From Treponemataceae bacterium (lineage in GTDB: Bacteria > Spirochaetota > Spirochaetia > Treponematales > Rectinemataceae), in the NCBI GenBank assembly GCA_963667725.2, contig CAXXHO010000003.1, forward strand, positions 2,048,001 through 2,112,000: a stretch of DNA of 64,000 bases, given 5' to 3'. Shown one piece after another: positions 1-9,986 of this stretch. A program made the translations under genes and the position numbers. Under the pieces are notes generated by a model. It worked only from the letters and a program-made list of their open reading frames with translations. It was not told the origin of the DNA and searched no databases. Each line of letters opens with the position of its first letter. The first letter of the stretch is position 1.

Positions 1-2428
1 ATCGGATCAGGGAACCGCGGGTATATATACGCCAGGGACCTATACGGCGTCCGGAAAAGGCTATGGCGGCATGGTAGATGTGACGGTCACCGTGGATACG
101 AAGAAGATTACGGCGGTCAAGGTCCTGGGAGACAAGGAGACCAAGGGAATCGGCTCCAGGGCAATCGACGAACTCCCGGCGATGATCGTGGCAGCCAACG
201 GCAAGGTTGACGCCATAGCGGGGGCTTCCTTCACTTCCGCGGCAATCTTCGAAGGCCTGAACGGCGCTTTGGGCAAGGCTAAAGGCAACATTGCCATCAC
301 GGCGCCGATCGCCTTCAAGCCTGGGACATATTTCGGAAAAGCGAAAGGCTACAATGGAGACGTGGTCCTGAAAGTAACCTTTACCGAGACGTCGATCGCC
401 GATATCGCCGTGGACAAATCCAAGGAAACCGAACACGTCGGCGACTCCGCCTATCCCATTATCCTCAAGGATATCAAGGACTTCACCTCCACGGGCGTGG
501 ATATCGTTTCGGGAGCCACCTTCACGAGCCGGGCCTCTCTGCTCGCCGTGGAGGACGCCGCGAAGCAGGCCGGCTGCGACCTGGCTGCTCTCCGCAAAGG
601 AGCGAAACCCTTCATTCTTACCCCCGGACCGAAGATCGTCGAGAATTACGACATCGTGATCGTGGGCGCGGGAGGCGCGGGCATGGCCGCCGCCGCCCAG
701 GCAGCGCAGGAAGGCGTCACCGTCCTCGTCATCGAGAAAGCCGTGGAGATGGGGGGCAACACCCTCGTATCGGGCGGCGCGTATCAGGCTGTCCAGCCTT
801 CGATGGTCTGGGATCCGAAGAATCCCGAGGCCACCACGGGCGTCTACGAGCCCACAAACACCGTCGTTCCGAAGTTCAAGAGCGATGTGGGACGCCTCGC
901 CACGCTCAAGACCATACTGAACTGGAGCGAGAAACCGTTTGACGGTACGATACAGGACAAAGCCGCGATAAAGGACGTCGACAGCTACAACCTGCCATCC
1001 CGCGGCGTCCACCCCGATTACCTTCCTACCCTCCTCACGCTGAAGGGGCAGATCAAAGAATACATCGCCTACGCCGACAAGCACTTCGCGATGGGGCAGA
1101 AGGAAACCGATCTCACCGTGTTCTCAACCCCTGAACTTTTCGTCTTCCAGACCTACTACGGTGGGCTTCGCCTGGACAAGGCCAAAGATAAGTGGATCAC
1201 GAACGAGTTCGCCCTGGTGGACCAGATCTGCCGCCAGGCCTACAACATCAGGCCATGGCTCGAAAAGCAGGGCGCCATCATAGACAACGCCCAGAGGACC
1301 TTGATCGGCTGCTTGTGGCAGCGAATCAACCCCGTGCAGGGCGGCGTCGTGGATGGAGTCAAGTATTCCGGAAAGTGGGGCGCTTATTTCAAGGTTCCCG
1401 AGAACACCCTGCTCAAGGCGAACCCGAAGAATAAAATCATGTACCGGACGACCGCGACTTCCTTGCTGACCAATCAGGGGCGCGTAACCGGGGTCAAGGC
1501 TAGGCGGTTTGACGGCACCGAAGTCGAGGTCACGGCTGCCAAGGGCGTCATCCTCGCCACGGGCGGCTACGGCGCCAACATAAAAATGGTCATGGACACG
1601 AATGAGTATTGGGACTCGAAGTTCCTTACCGCCACTATCAAGACCACCAACCGCAACCTCGCCCAGGGCGAAGGAATCACGATGGGCAAGGCCGCCGGCG
1701 CGGCCGTCACCGGTATGGGTTGGACCCAGCTCATGCCTCTCGGCTGGATCGATAACGGGAATCTCGCGGGCGGTACCGGCGAGAACGTCATCTACATCAG
1801 CCCCGCTGGCACTCCAAACATCGGCAAACGCTATGTGGACGAAGCGGCCGAGCGCGATGTGCTCAGCCAGGGCGCCTTCGATTTCGGCACCGACGGCGGG
1901 CAGTATATAGAACTGAGCAATCCGGGAACCCTTGCCAGTTCGGCGGGAGTCCCTGGGGCGGCGACTAGCAGCGCCAACATCCCCGGGAGAGTCTTCATCG
2001 GGACTTTGGACGAAGCCGCCGCGATGCTGAAGATCGATGCCGCGGTCCTGAAGAAAACAATCTCGGACTACGACGCCTTCATCATCGGCTCTACCGACAA
2101 GAAACCGGTTCCCAACAAGACCGCATACCGCGGCACGATCGGCAGCTGCGAAAAGGACGCCAAGGGGAATTACCTCATCGATACGTACAAGATCGATAAG
2201 GTTATGGTTCGCTGGATGGCGCCATCGACACACCACACGATGGGCGGGCTCGTCGTGGATACAAGCCGTCACGTTCTGAACGCGAAAAACAAGGTCATCC
2301 CTGGCCTCTATGCCGCTGGTGAGGTTACCGGCGGTTTCTTCGCCGGGAATCGACTTGGCGGCAACGCTGTGATGGAAATCCTCGTATCAGGCCGGATCGC
2401 GGGTACTTCCGCGGCGAATGGAAAGTAA
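1..2428 (+). CDS. Flavinylated flavocytochrome-c-family reductase (two FMN_bind domains + FAD-binding catalytic domain), urocanate reductase-like; 5'-truncated by window edge
   Basis: Frame open from position 2 (…YTPGTYTASGKGYGGM); FMN-attachment-like motifs DAIAGASFTS and DIVSGATFTS; GAGGAG dinucleotide motif; HHTMGG and NRLGGNA catalytic-family motifs. Confidence 0.85.
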   Translation, partial: SDQGTAGIYTPGTYTASGKGYGGMVDVTVTVDTKKITAVKVLGDKETKGIGSRAIDELPAMIVAANGKVDAIAGASFTSAAIFEGLNGALGKAKGNIAITAPIAFKPGTYFGKAKGYNGDVVLKVTFTETSIADIAVDKSKETEHVGDSAYPIILKDIKDFTSTGVDIVSGATFTSRASLLAVEDAAKQAGCDLAALRKGAKPFILTPGPKIVENYDIVIVGAGGAGMAAAAQAAQEGVTVLVIEKAVEMGGNTLVSGGAYQAVQPSMVWDPKNPEATTGVYEPTNTVVPKFKSDVGRLATLKTILNWSEKPFDGTIQDKAAIKDVDSYNLPSRGVHPDYLPTLLTLKGQIKEYIAYADKHFAMGQKETDLTVFSTPELFVFQTYYGGLRLDKAKDKWITNEFALVDQICRQAYNIRPWLEKQGAIIDNAQRTLIGCLWQRINPVQGGVVDGVKYSGKWGAYFKVPENTLLKANPKNKIMYRTTATSLLTNQGRVTGVKARRFDGTEVEVTAAKGVILATGGYGANIKMVMDTNEYWDSKFLTATIKTTNRNLAQGEGITMGKAAGAAVTGMGWTQLMPLGWIDNGNLAGGTGENVIYISPAGTPNIGKRYVDEAAERDVLSQGAFDFGTDGGQYIELSNPGTLASSAGVPGAATSSANIPGRVFIGTLDEAAAMLKIDAAVLKKTISDYDAFIIGSTDKKPVPNKTAYRGTIGSCEKDAKGNYLIDTYKIDKVMVRWMAPSTHHTMGGLVVDTSRHVLNAKNKVIPGLYAAGEVTGGFFAGNRLGGNAVMEILVSGRIAGTSAANGK

Positions 2429-2463
2429 CATAGCGCGCATACTGGTTTCATAAGACAATGCGT

Positions 2464-2508
2464 AAAGAAAGGCTGTCCGTAGCGTATCGAGGACAGCCTT
2501 TCTTTTTT
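2464..2508 (+). terminator. Intrinsic terminator (potentially bidirectional) after reductase gene
   Basis: AAAGAAAGGCTGTCC-loop-GGACAGCCTTTCTTTTTT inverted repeat with U tract. Confidence 0.85.
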
Positions 2509-2566
2509 ATTCGCCTCGGCGCGATATCATGTAAATCCTGTCCATTTCTTTATCTCTGCTATAAAT

Positions 2567-2599
2567 AAAAAAGGCCCCGCGGAATTCCACGGGGCCTTT
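2567..2599 (-). terminator. Intrinsic terminator closing the alpha operon
   Basis: Minus strand AAAGGCCCCGTGGAATTCCGCGGGGCC-TTTTTT. Confidence 0.85.
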
Positions 2600-2617
2600 C
2601 GACATAGTATGTTTAGC

Positions 2618-2788
2618 TTATTTCTTGTTGGCGAGGGTTGCTTTGCAGGTTTTGCAGATCTTGGTCTTCTTGCCTTCGATTTCCTGCTCGTAGAGAACCT
2701 TTACGGATTCCCTCTTGCAGATGGGGCAAGTGCCGCGGCCGTGGGCTACCGTCTCGGCAAGGCCTTTCCCTCTATGCGCTTTGGACAT
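2618..2788 (-). CDS. 56-aa basic zinc-finger-like protein downstream of rplQ (candidate ribosomal protein)
   Basis: MSKAHRGKGLAETVAHGRGTCPICKRESVKVLYEQEIEGKKTKICKTCKATLANKK; SD CAGGAGG at 2794-2800; lies between rplQ and terminator; below ORF-track length cutoff. Confidence 0.85.
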   Translation of the reverse strand: MSKAHRGKGLAETVAHGRGTCPICKRESVKVLYEQEIEGKKTKICKTCKATLANKK

Positions 2789-2804
2789 GTTATCCTCCTG
2801 GACT

Positions 2805-3242
2805 TCAGTCGGCTTTCTTGGCGGCTGTTGCCTTGGCTTTCTTTTCGGCCTTGCGCTTTTCGCGTTCCGCCTTCTTGTCGTCCTCTTTCCTGTCTACCAG
2901 CTCGAGGATCACCATATCGGCGCCGTCGTTGGCGCGAGCACCAATCCTGAGGATCCTGGTGTAGCCGCCGGCCCTATCCTTGAAACGGGGACCGATGTCG
3001 GTGAAAAGCTTGGCGAGAATCGCCTCATCGGTGATCTTGCGGCCGATGATCCTGCGATTGTGGACCGAGTCTTCCTTTGCCCTGGTGATCATCTTTTCGG
3101 CGAGACGGCGGGTCTCGATAGCCTTGGCACGGGTGGTCTCGATGCGCTCGTGCTTGAAGAGGACCGTCGCCATATTCCTGAGAAGGGCTTTTCGGTGGGC
3201 CGATACCCTGTTCAGTTTGTTAAACCCGATTTTATGCTTCAT
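2805..3242 (-). CDS. rplQ: 50S ribosomal protein L17
   Basis: [23 protein letters not shown]…GGYTRI motif; alpha operon position. Confidence 0.97.
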   Translation of the reverse strand: MKHKIGFNKLNRVSAHRKALLRNMATVLFKHERIETTRAKAIETRRLAEKMITRAKEDSVHNRRIIGRKITDEAILAKLFTDIGPRFKDRAGGYTRILRIGARANDGADMVILELVDRKEDDKKAEREKRKAEKKAKATAAKKAD

Positions 3243-4287
3243 CAGTCTCTTCCTTCTTCATGCTGAGTTTTAGATAGTTTCTCAGGGGCGTGTAATCCGT
3301 CATGCCCAGGCTAAGATTCCATTCGCCGAGTTTCGCCTTGATCTCCAGGAGGGATTTCTTGCCGAAATTCCGGGTTTTGGTGATTTCTTCCTCAGTCTTC
3401 CTTGTCAGATCGCCAATGGTCTTGATATTGGCGTTCTTGAGGCAATTGGAGGATCTCACGGAGAGCTCCAGTTCCTCGACGGGGGTGTTGAGAATCTGCC
3501 GCACCCTTTCTTCTATCTCATCGTTCTGCTCGTCGCCCGAAGCTTCATCCTCATCGAAATTGATGAAGATCGAGAAATGGTCCTTGGCGATCTTGGCCGC
3601 CTCGCCGAGAGCGTCCTCGGGGCGGGTAGTGCCGTCGGTCCAGATCTCCAGGTTCAGTTTATCGTAGTCCGAGCGCTGACCGACCCTGGTGGGTTCGATC
3701 GAATACTTCACCTTGGTTACCGGTGTAAAAATCGCGTCCATCGGAATGGTGCCCACGATTTCTATATACCGTTCGTTGACTTCGGCGGGCACGTAGCCCC
3801 TTCCCAAGTCAACCTGGATTTCTATATCGAGGTGGACATCCTTATCCAGGGTCGCGATCTTGATCTCTGGATTCAATACTTCAATCGGTTTGTCGGCCGA
3901 GAAGAAAGATCCGCGGATCTCCTCGATGCCCTGTACCTCGTAGAGGAAAGTGCCCTGTTCCTGGTCGTTGGGCAGGCGCACTCTCAGCTGCTTGAGGCTG
4001 TTCAGGAACTCTATAGTGTCTTCCACCACGCCAGGGATGGTCTCGAATTCGCTGGTGACGATATGCTGGGCACCCTCGTCATCGTAACGCACAATCCTGA
4101 CCGCGGTGATCGCGTAGCCCTGGATGGACGAAAGCAGAATGCGGCGCAGGGTGTTTCCAACCGTTGTTCCATATCCAGGCTCGAAAGGATAGGCGATGAA
4201 CTTTCCGTACGACGGCCCTGATTCGCTTTGCTCGTAGGTAATGCCCTTCGGCCTCTTGAAACCCTTGAGAAGGTTCTTCCGCGCCAT
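3232..4287 (-). CDS. rpoA: RNA polymerase alpha subunit
   Basis: [17 protein letters not shown]; alpha-[24 protein letters not shown]. Confidence 0.98.
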   Translation of the reverse strand: MARKNLLKGFKRPKGITYEQSESGPSYGKFIAYPFEPGYGTTVGNTLRRILLSSIQGYAITAVRIVRYDDEGAQHIVTSEFETIPGVVEDTIEFLNSLKQLRVRLPNDQEQGTFLYEVQGIEEIRGSFFSADKPIEVLNPEIKIATLDKDVHLDIEIQVDLGRGYVPAEVNERYIEIVGTIPMDAIFTPVTKVKYSIEPTRVGQRSDYDKLNLEIWTDGTTRPEDALGEAAKIAKDHFSIFINFDEDEASGDEQNDEIEERVRQILNTPVEELELSVRSSNCLKNANIKTIGDLTRKTEEEITKTRNFGKKSLLEIKAKLGEWNLSLGMTDYTPLRNYLKLSMKKEETDEA

Positions 4288-4296
4288 TTCGGCTCC

Positions 4297-4932
4297 TTAT
4301 TTCGAGTAAAGCTCGACGACGAGCTGCTCGCGAATATCTGCCATATCGGTGATATCCTGGCGATGTGGGTAAGCGACAAGGCGGCCGGCCATGTCGTCAG
4401 GATTGATCTCGATCCAGGGCATGGTGCCGGACTTGCCGACTTCCTGCAGAGCGTTCTTGATCATATCCAGCTTCTTCGCCTGTTCAACCACCGAAACCTT
4501 GTCCCCCGCTTTTACGGAGAAGGACGAGATGTTGACCCTCTTGCCGTTCACGGCTATATGGCCATGGCTTACGAGCTGGCGGGCCTGAGCGCGGGAGGTG
4601 GCGAGGTGCATTCTATAGACCACATTGTCGAGCCTGCGCTCGAGCAATATGAAAAGGTTCTCGCCGGTCTTCCCGGGCATGGAGAGGGCTTTTTCGAAGG
4701 AATTGCGGAACTGCGTTTCCATGAGACCATAGGCTCTCTTGAGCGTCTGCTTCTCGCGGAGCTGAACGGCGTATTCCGACTTCTTGCCCATCCTGGCTTT
4801 CGGGGCCTTCCCGGGGGGGAGGCGTTTGCGGTTCACGGGGCATTTGTCGCTCTTGCAGCGATCGCCCTTGAGGAAAAGTTTCTTCTGCTCGGTGCGGCAA
4901 AGCCTGCACACGGGTCCAATATAACGTGCCAT
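4297..4932 (-). CDS. rpsD: 30S ribosomal protein S4
   Basis: MARYIGPVCRLCR…LERRLDNVVYR; start moved to ATG at 4932. Confidence 0.97.
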   Translation of the reverse strand: MARYIGPVCRLCRTEQKKLFLKGDRCKSDKCPVNRKRLPPGKAPKARMGKKSEYAVQLREKQTLKRAYGLMETQFRNSFEKALSMPGKTGENLFILLERRLDNVVYRMHLATSRAQARQLVSHGHIAVNGKRVNISSFSVKAGDKVSVVEQAKKLDMIKNALQEVGKSGTMPWIEINPDDMAGRLVAYPHRQDITDMADIREQLVVELYSK

Positions 4933-4951
4933 ATGTTTTTCTAACCCCCTG

Positions 4952-5335
4952 TCAGATACGGCGAGCCTTTCTAGGCCTGCAACCATTATGGGGAATGGGT
5001 GTTACGTCGCTTATGGTTTTCACCTTAAGTCCAAGCGCACCCAACTGACGAATCGCAGATTCGCGTCCGATACCAGGGCCCTTCACGAAGACATGAACTT
5101 CGCGGAGGCCACTGTTCATGGCTTTCTGCACAACAGTTTCCGCAACAGTCTGAGCGGCAAAGGGGGTAGATTTTTTCGCCCCTCTGAACTGATGCGTGCC
5201 CGAACTGGACCAAGCGATGGTATTGCCATTCAAGTCCGTGATCGTGATGATCGTGTTGTTGAAAGTCGCCTGGATATAGACGTTGCCTTCGTAAACACTC
5301 TTCTTCTCTTTTCTTTTCTTCGTAGTAACTGCCAC
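4952..5335 (-). CDS. rpsK: 30S ribosomal protein S11
   Basis: [30 protein letters not shown] start. Confidence 0.97.
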   Translation of the reverse strand: MAVTTKKRKEKKSVYEGNVYIQATFNNTIITITDLNGNTIAWSSSGTHQFRGAKKSTPFAAQTVAETVVQKAMNSGLREVHVFVKGPGIGRESAIRQLGALGLKVKTISDVTPIPHNGCRPRKARRI

Positions 5336-5351
5336 TTTGGCGCCCCTTTAG

Positions 5352-5723
5352 TTATGCAGCCTTTTTCTTGTTGGCGACAGTCTTGCGCTTGCCCTTTCTG
5401 GTGCGCGCATTCGTCCTGGTCCTCTGTCCGTTGACAGGAAGTCCCTTCCTGTGCCTTAGGCCACGGTAGCATCCGATATCCATGAGCCTCTTGATGTTGA
5501 GGGCGATTTCGGTGCGAAGACGACCTTCGACCTTGAAATCATTCTCAATTACCTTACGAAGCTCGTTGATCTCTTCGTTCGAAAGCTCATTGATCTTCTT
5601 GTTGGGATCAATACCGGTGGTTTCGCAAATTTTTCTAGCGCTTGTCCTGCCCAAACCATAAATATATGTTAGGGCAATTTCGACATGCTTGTTGGGGAGG
5701 TCAATTCCCGCTATACGTGCCAT
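5352..5723 (-). CDS. rpsM: 30S ribosomal protein S13
   Basis: [10 protein letters not shown]…[26 protein letters not shown]; start at 5723 after SD AGGAGG. Confidence 0.97.
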   Translation of the reverse strand: MARIAGIDLPNKHVEIALTYIYGLGRTSARKICETTGIDPNKKINELSNEEINELRKVIENDFKVEGRLRTEIALNIKRLMDIGCYRGLRHRKGLPVNGQRTRTNARTRKGKRKTVANKKKAA

Positions 5724-5740
5724 GAGATTCCTCCTGCCCT

Positions 5741-5854
5741 TCAGCCTTGCTTCTGTTTGTGCTTCGGGTTTTCGCAAACGATCCTGACAATGCCATTCCT
5801 GCGAATGACCTTGCACTTGTCGCATATTTTCTTGACGCTCGTCCTGACCTTCAT
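5741..5854 (-). CDS. rpmJ: 50S ribosomal protein L36 (Zn-binding form)
   Basis: Manual translation [37 protein letters not shown]; not in ORF track. Confidence 0.97.
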   Translation of the reverse strand: MKVRTSVKKICDKCKVIRRNGIVRIVCENPKHKQKQG

Positions 5855-5919
5855 AGGTTCCCCTTATACGCTCGCGCAAAGCGCGGACACGCAATTAAAT
5901 ACCATATTCCAAAAAAATT

Positions 5920-7242
5920 CTACAGGTTCCTGGCCTTGATATGGCCTTTTCGGACCAGCCCATCATGGTGATGCATCTTGAGCAGGCCTTCCACCTGGGA
6001 CATGGTGTCGAGATCGACGCCCACCAGGATCAGAAGCGAGGTACCTCCGAGAAGGTATGCCAGCTCGCTCGGGAACTTGAACAGCTGCTGGACCAGGCTC
6101 GGTATCAAGGCGATGAGCGCGAGATACAGCGAACCGGGCAGGATTATCCTGTTCAGTATCCTGGAAAGATACTCTTCCATCTTCTCGCTTCTGATGCCGG
6201 GAATGGAGCCGCCATTCTCGCGGATGTTCTTGGAGATTTCCTGGGGATTCAGCGAAACCTGCGTGTAGAAGTAAGCGAAGAAGATGATCAGCACAACGTA
6301 GAGGAGGTTGTACCAGAATCCGCTTGGCCTGAGCCAATAGGAGAAGTCCCTGAGCCACTTGGCCTGCACACCGAAACTCTGGGCGATCTGCAGGGGGAAT
6401 GTAAGAAGGCTCGACGCGAAAATTACTGGAATGACGCCAGACGGGTTGATTTTGAAGGGGATGTAGGTGTTCTGCGCACCGTACATCTTTCGTCCCACGA
6501 CACGTTTGGCGTAATTGACCGGAATCTTTCTCTGTCCCTGCTGTTCAAGAACAACGAGGGCCACGATGCCTACGAACATGATGAGGACGACGATTGCGTA
6601 GACCGCGTTGAGCTCACCGGCCTGGATCTTCTTTATGAGCTCGAAGCTGGCGTTAGGAAGCCTTGCGACGATGCCCGCGAAGATCAGGATCGAGATACCG
6701 TTGCCGATACCGCGCTTGGTGATCTGCTCGCCCATCCACACCAGGAACATCGTTCCCGTAGTCACCGTCAGAATAGCGATCAGCGTATAGGCCAGTCTGT
6801 TGGACATCACGATGGCGTCCGGTATTCTGTCGGCGTATACCGTACTGGAATAGCCTTGGATCGCGCACACCACGAGGGTGCCGATCTTGGTCCAGCGCGC
6901 TATTTTCTTGCGGCCGCCGTCTTCCTCGGCGATGTTCTTCATCTTCGGGAAGACGATGAGAAGGAGCTGAATGATAATCTGCGTACTGATATAGGGCATG
7001 ACTCCCATCATGAAGAGGGAGAAGTTCTTGAAAGCGCCGCCCGAGAAAAAGTCCAGATAATCAGTAATTCCGCTCGATCCTCCGGCCTGGCTGGCGAAGT
7101 AGGACTGAAGCGCGCTGGCATTGATGCCCGGAATGGGCAGGTAAGCGCCGAGTCGAAACACGAACAGCCAGAAAAGTGTGAATAGTATCCTATCCTTGAG
7201 TTCTTTTATCCGGAAAATGTCTGTAAGCGGGTTCCCTGCCAT
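5920..7242 (-). CDS. secY: Preprotein translocase subunit SecY
   Basis: GVMPYISTQII, GIGNGISILIF, IPGIR, GGTSLLI motifs. Confidence 0.98.
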   Translation of the reverse strand: MAGNPLTDIFRIKELKDRILFTLFWLFVFRLGAYLPIPGINASALQSYFASQAGGSSGITDYLDFFSGGAFKNFSLFMMGVMPYISTQIIIQLLLIVFPKMKNIAEEDGGRKKIARWTKIGTLVVCAIQGYSSTVYADRIPDAIVMSNRLAYTLIAILTVTTGTMFLVWMGEQITKRGIGNGISILIFAGIVARLPNASFELIKKIQAGELNAVYAIVVLIMFVGIVALVVLEQQGQRKIPVNYAKRVVGRKMYGAQNTYIPFKINPSGVIPVIFASSLLTFPLQIAQSFGVQAKWLRDFSYWLRPSGFWYNLLYVVLIIFFAYFYTQVSLNPQEISKNIRENGGSIPGIRSEKMEEYLSRILNRIILPGSLYLALIALIPSLVQQLFKFPSELAYLLGGTSLLILVGVDLDTMSQVEGLLKMHHHDGLVRKGHIKARNL

Positions 7243-7266
7243 GCATTCCTGCCTTTACCGGAGCCT

Positions 7267-7743
7267 TCAGGCTTCCGTAGCCGAACCCATTGCGGTGGGT
7301 GTTTCGACTTTTCCGCCGGCCGCTTCGATTTTAGCTTTGGCACCGGCTGAGATGGCATCGACGCTTACGTTCAGCGCGATGGATATGCTTCCGTTGCCGA
7401 GCACTTTGATGAGCTGCTCGGGTTTCCTGATAAGGCCTTTCAGCAGAAGGGAAACGGCATCCACCGTCTCTCCCGTCTTGAATTTAAGGACCAGATCTTC
7501 GATATTGACGATCTGCCATTCCTTCCTGAAAGGATAATTGGAGAACCCGCGGTGAGGAAGCCGCCTATAGAGAGGCATCTGGCCGCCCTCGAAACCGGGA
7601 TAGGTCTTGCCGCCGGAGCGCGACTGCTGGCCTTTGTTGCCTCGTCCAGCCGTCGTTCCCCTGCCGGAACCCGTGCCTCGTCCAATGATTCTCTTCTTCT
7701 TGTTGGCACCTTCCGGCGCGTGGAGCAGATAATCGGACATCAC
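7267..7743 (-). CDS. rplO: 50S ribosomal protein L15
   Basis: GRGTGSGRGTTAGRGNKGQQSRSG, FEGGQMPLYRRLP. Confidence 0.97.
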   Translation of the reverse strand: MMSDYLLHAPEGANKKKRIIGRGTGSGRGTTAGRGNKGQQSRSGGKTYPGFEGGQMPLYRRLPHRGFSNYPFRKEWQIVNIEDLVLKFKTGETVDAVSLLLKGLIRKPEQLIKVLGNGSISIALNVSVDAISAGAKAKIEAAGGKVETPTAMGSATEA

Positions 7744-7922
7744 TCTACCTCCTTCGCCGAAACGAGATGGTGTACTGTGTTGACCATGCCGAGTATGGCA
7801 GGTGTCGCTTCCTTGATGGTCGAAGACCCGATCTTCCGCAGGCCGAGGGACCTAACGGTTGCCCTCATGACCGGCTTCTGATGGATGGTGCTTCGAACAA
7901 GGGTTATTTGTATCTTTGCCAT
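7740..7922 (-). CDS. rpmD: 50S ribosomal protein L30
   Basis: MAKIQITLVRS…LGLRKI…GMVNTVHHLV. Confidence 0.95.
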   Translation of the reverse strand: MAKIQITLVRSTIHQKPVMRATVRSLGLRKIGSSTIKEATPAILGMVNTVHHLVSAKEVE

Positions 7923-7924
7923 GA

Positions 7925-8437
7925 TTAGCCCCACATATCCTTGAGCGATTTGCCGCGGTTTTTAGCCACGGTCTTCGCGTCCAGCAAGTTCTCCGCCCCG
8001 TTGAATACGGCACGGACGATGTTCATCGAGTTTCTGGAACCGATGCACTTGGAGATGACGTCGGTGTAACCCGCCGCTTCCATGATGGCGCGTACGGGAC
8101 CGCCAGCGATGACGCCCGAACCGGAAACCGCCGGCTTGATGAGCACTTCGGTCGCCTTGTACTTCCCAACGATCTCGTGGGGAAGCGTGCCGTTCTTGAC
8201 GGGCACATGGACGATGGCCCTCTTGGCCTTGTCGACCGACTTGCGGATAGCTTCCGTTACGTCGTTGGCCTTTCCGAAGCCGAAGCCCACATTGCCCTGG
8301 TGATCACCAACCACGGTGAGCGCCGAGAATGAGAAGCGCCTGCCGCCCTTGACGACTTTCGCCGTCCTGTTCAGCTGGACCAGCTTCTCCGTAAAATTAT
8401 CGCGTGGCTGCGAGTCTTCTCTTCTGTTTCTGTCCAC
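7925..8437 (-). CDS. rpsE: 30S ribosomal protein S5
   Basis: NRTAKVVKGGRRFSFSAL, GVIAGGPVRA. Confidence 0.97.
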   Translation of the reverse strand: MDRNRREDSQPRDNFTEKLVQLNRTAKVVKGGRRFSFSALTVVGDHQGNVGFGFGKANDVTEAIRKSVDKAKRAIVHVPVKNGTLPHEIVGKYKATEVLIKPAVSGSGVIAGGPVRAIMEAAGYTDVISKCIGSRNSMNIVRAVFNGAENLLDAKTVAKNRGKSLKDMWG

Positions 8438-8446
8438 GGAAGCCCC

Positions 8447-8812
8447 CTAGAATGTAATCCCGGCTTTGCGGGCACCATCGGCGATCGCCTTGATAATCCC
8501 GTGATACTTGTAACCATTCCTGTCGAACACGACAGTCTTGATTCCTTTCTCAAGGAGCCTTTTGCCGATTTCCTCGCCCAGTTTGCCGGCGCCTTCGACG
8601 TTCCTCGCGATTTCCTTGAGGGACTTCTCGACGGTGGATGCGCATGCGATGGTGTTTCCGACGGAGTCGTCGATCACCTGCACGTACATGTGGACGTTCG
8701 ACTTGAACACGCTCATGCGCGGCCTTTCCGTTGTTCCGGAAATGGACTTCCGGACCGATACCTTGCGCTTCGCGCGCTTTCTCAATTTGTCGTCAAGTTC
8801 TTTTACGCTCAT
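8447..8812 (-). CDS. rplR: 50S ribosomal protein L18
   Basis: [26 protein letters not shown]. Confidence 0.97.
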   Translation of the reverse strand: MSVKELDDKLRKRAKRKVSVRKSISGTTERPRMSVFKSNVHMYVQVIDDSVGNTIACASTVEKSLKEIARNVEGAGKLGEEIGKRLLEKGIKTVVFDRNGYKYHGIIKAIADGARKAGITF

Positions 8813-8822
8813 TACCTGCGCC

Positions 8823-9365
8823 TCACTTCACACCGGTCTTTCCGACCTTCCTGCGAATCTTCTCGTCCTCGTACCTGATGCCCTTGCCTTTGTAAGGCTC
8901 AGGTCTCCTGAGGGACCTCACCTCGCTGGCAAACTTGCCAAGGAGAGCAAAGTCGGCGCCCGCAATGAGCACCTTCTGGCCGTTCGCCTCGATCGTCACG
9001 GAGAGTCCCTGGGGGATCATCACCATGAAATCGTTCGAATAGCCGAGGCTCATGACGAGGAAATTGCCCTGCACTTCGGCACGGTAGCCGACGCCGTTTA
9101 CGATCAGGGCTTTCTTGAAGCCCTGGGATACGCCAGTCACCATGTTGTTCAGGAGGCTGCGATAGAGTCCGTGGTAGGCTCCCGCCTGCTTGGATTCATG
9201 CAGCTTCTTGACAATGATGGCGCCATCCTCAACGACGATTTCGACTTCAGGAAGATACTCCTGAGAAAGTTTTCCCTTCGGCCCCTCTACCGTCACATTG
9301 GTGGGAGTAATATTGACTTTAACTCCCTGCGGTATCTGGACCGGCCGTATTCCGATTCTCGACAT
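8823..9365 (-). CDS. rplF: 50S ribosomal protein L6
   Basis: MSRIGIRPV…[11 protein letters not shown]. Confidence 0.97.
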   Translation of the reverse strand: MSRIGIRPVQIPQGVKVNITPTNVTVEGPKGKLSQEYLPEVEIVVEDGAIIVKKLHESKQAGAYHGLYRSLLNNMVTGVSQGFKKALIVNGVGYRAEVQGNFLVMSLGYSNDFMVMIPQGLSVTIEANGQKVLIAGADFALLGKFASEVRSLRRPEPYKGKGIRYEDEKIRRKVGKTGVK

Positions 9366-9381
9366 AGCTGTTCCCCTAGAA

Positions 9382-9780
9382 TTACCAGACCGTGCAGATA
9401 AGCTCACCGCCCATCTGCTTCTCGACGGCTTTCCTTCCGGTGATAATTCCGCCGGAAGTGGAAATTATCAGGGTGCCGTAACCGTTGAAAACACGTGGAA
9501 GTTCCTTGTACCCGGAATAGACTCGCCTGCCCGGCTTGGACACTTTGTTCATGCCGTGGAGAACGGGATCATTTCCTTCATCGTACTTGAGGAATATCCT
9601 GATAATGTTGTAGCCGTCAGCTTGAATCTTCTTGAAATTCTTTATATAGCCCTCAGTCTTGAGTATCTTGACGATTTCAAGCTTGAGTTTGGAGGCCATA
9701 ATATCGACCTTCTCATGACGGGCCGCACTTGCGTTGCGGATCTTTGTCAGCATGTCCGCGATGGGATCAGAAACGCTCAT
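9382..9780 (-). CDS. rpsH: 30S ribosomal protein S8
   Basis: [30 protein letters not shown]. Confidence 0.97.
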   Translation of the reverse strand: MSVSDPIADMLTKIRNASAARHEKVDIMASKLKLEIVKILKTEGYIKNFKKIQADGYNIIRIFLKYDEGNDPVLHGMNKVSKPGRRVYSGYKELPRVFNGYGTLIISTSGGIITGRKAVEKQMGGELICTVW

Positions 9781-9789
9781 CGCTACCTC

Positions 9790-9975
9790 CTACCAGCTCG
9801 ACTTCGTCACGCCCGGAATCTTGCCTTCGGAAGCAAGCTTCCTGAAGCAAATTCGGCACATGTCGAATTTTCTCATATAACCCCTCGCCCTTCCGCAGAT
9901 GTTGCAGCGTCGAACTAAACGGGTCATGTACTTCGGCTTTTTTTCAGCCTTAAGAATCATCGCCTTACGAGCCAT
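9790..9975 (-). CDS. rpsN: 30S ribosomal protein S14 type Z
   Basis: 61 aa, RCNICGR…MCRICFR…IPGVTKSSW. Confidence 0.97.
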   Translation of the reverse strand: MARKAMILKAEKKPKYMTRLVRRCNICGRARGYMRKFDMCRICFRKLASEGKIPGVTKSSW

Positions 9976-9986
9976 GTACGCCTTCC

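Noticed and set aside
2609..3266. Plus-strand ORFs 2609-2950, 2638-2964 and 2715-3266
   Set aside because: Antisense to rplQ and to the 56-aa ORF, which has the SD and terminator context
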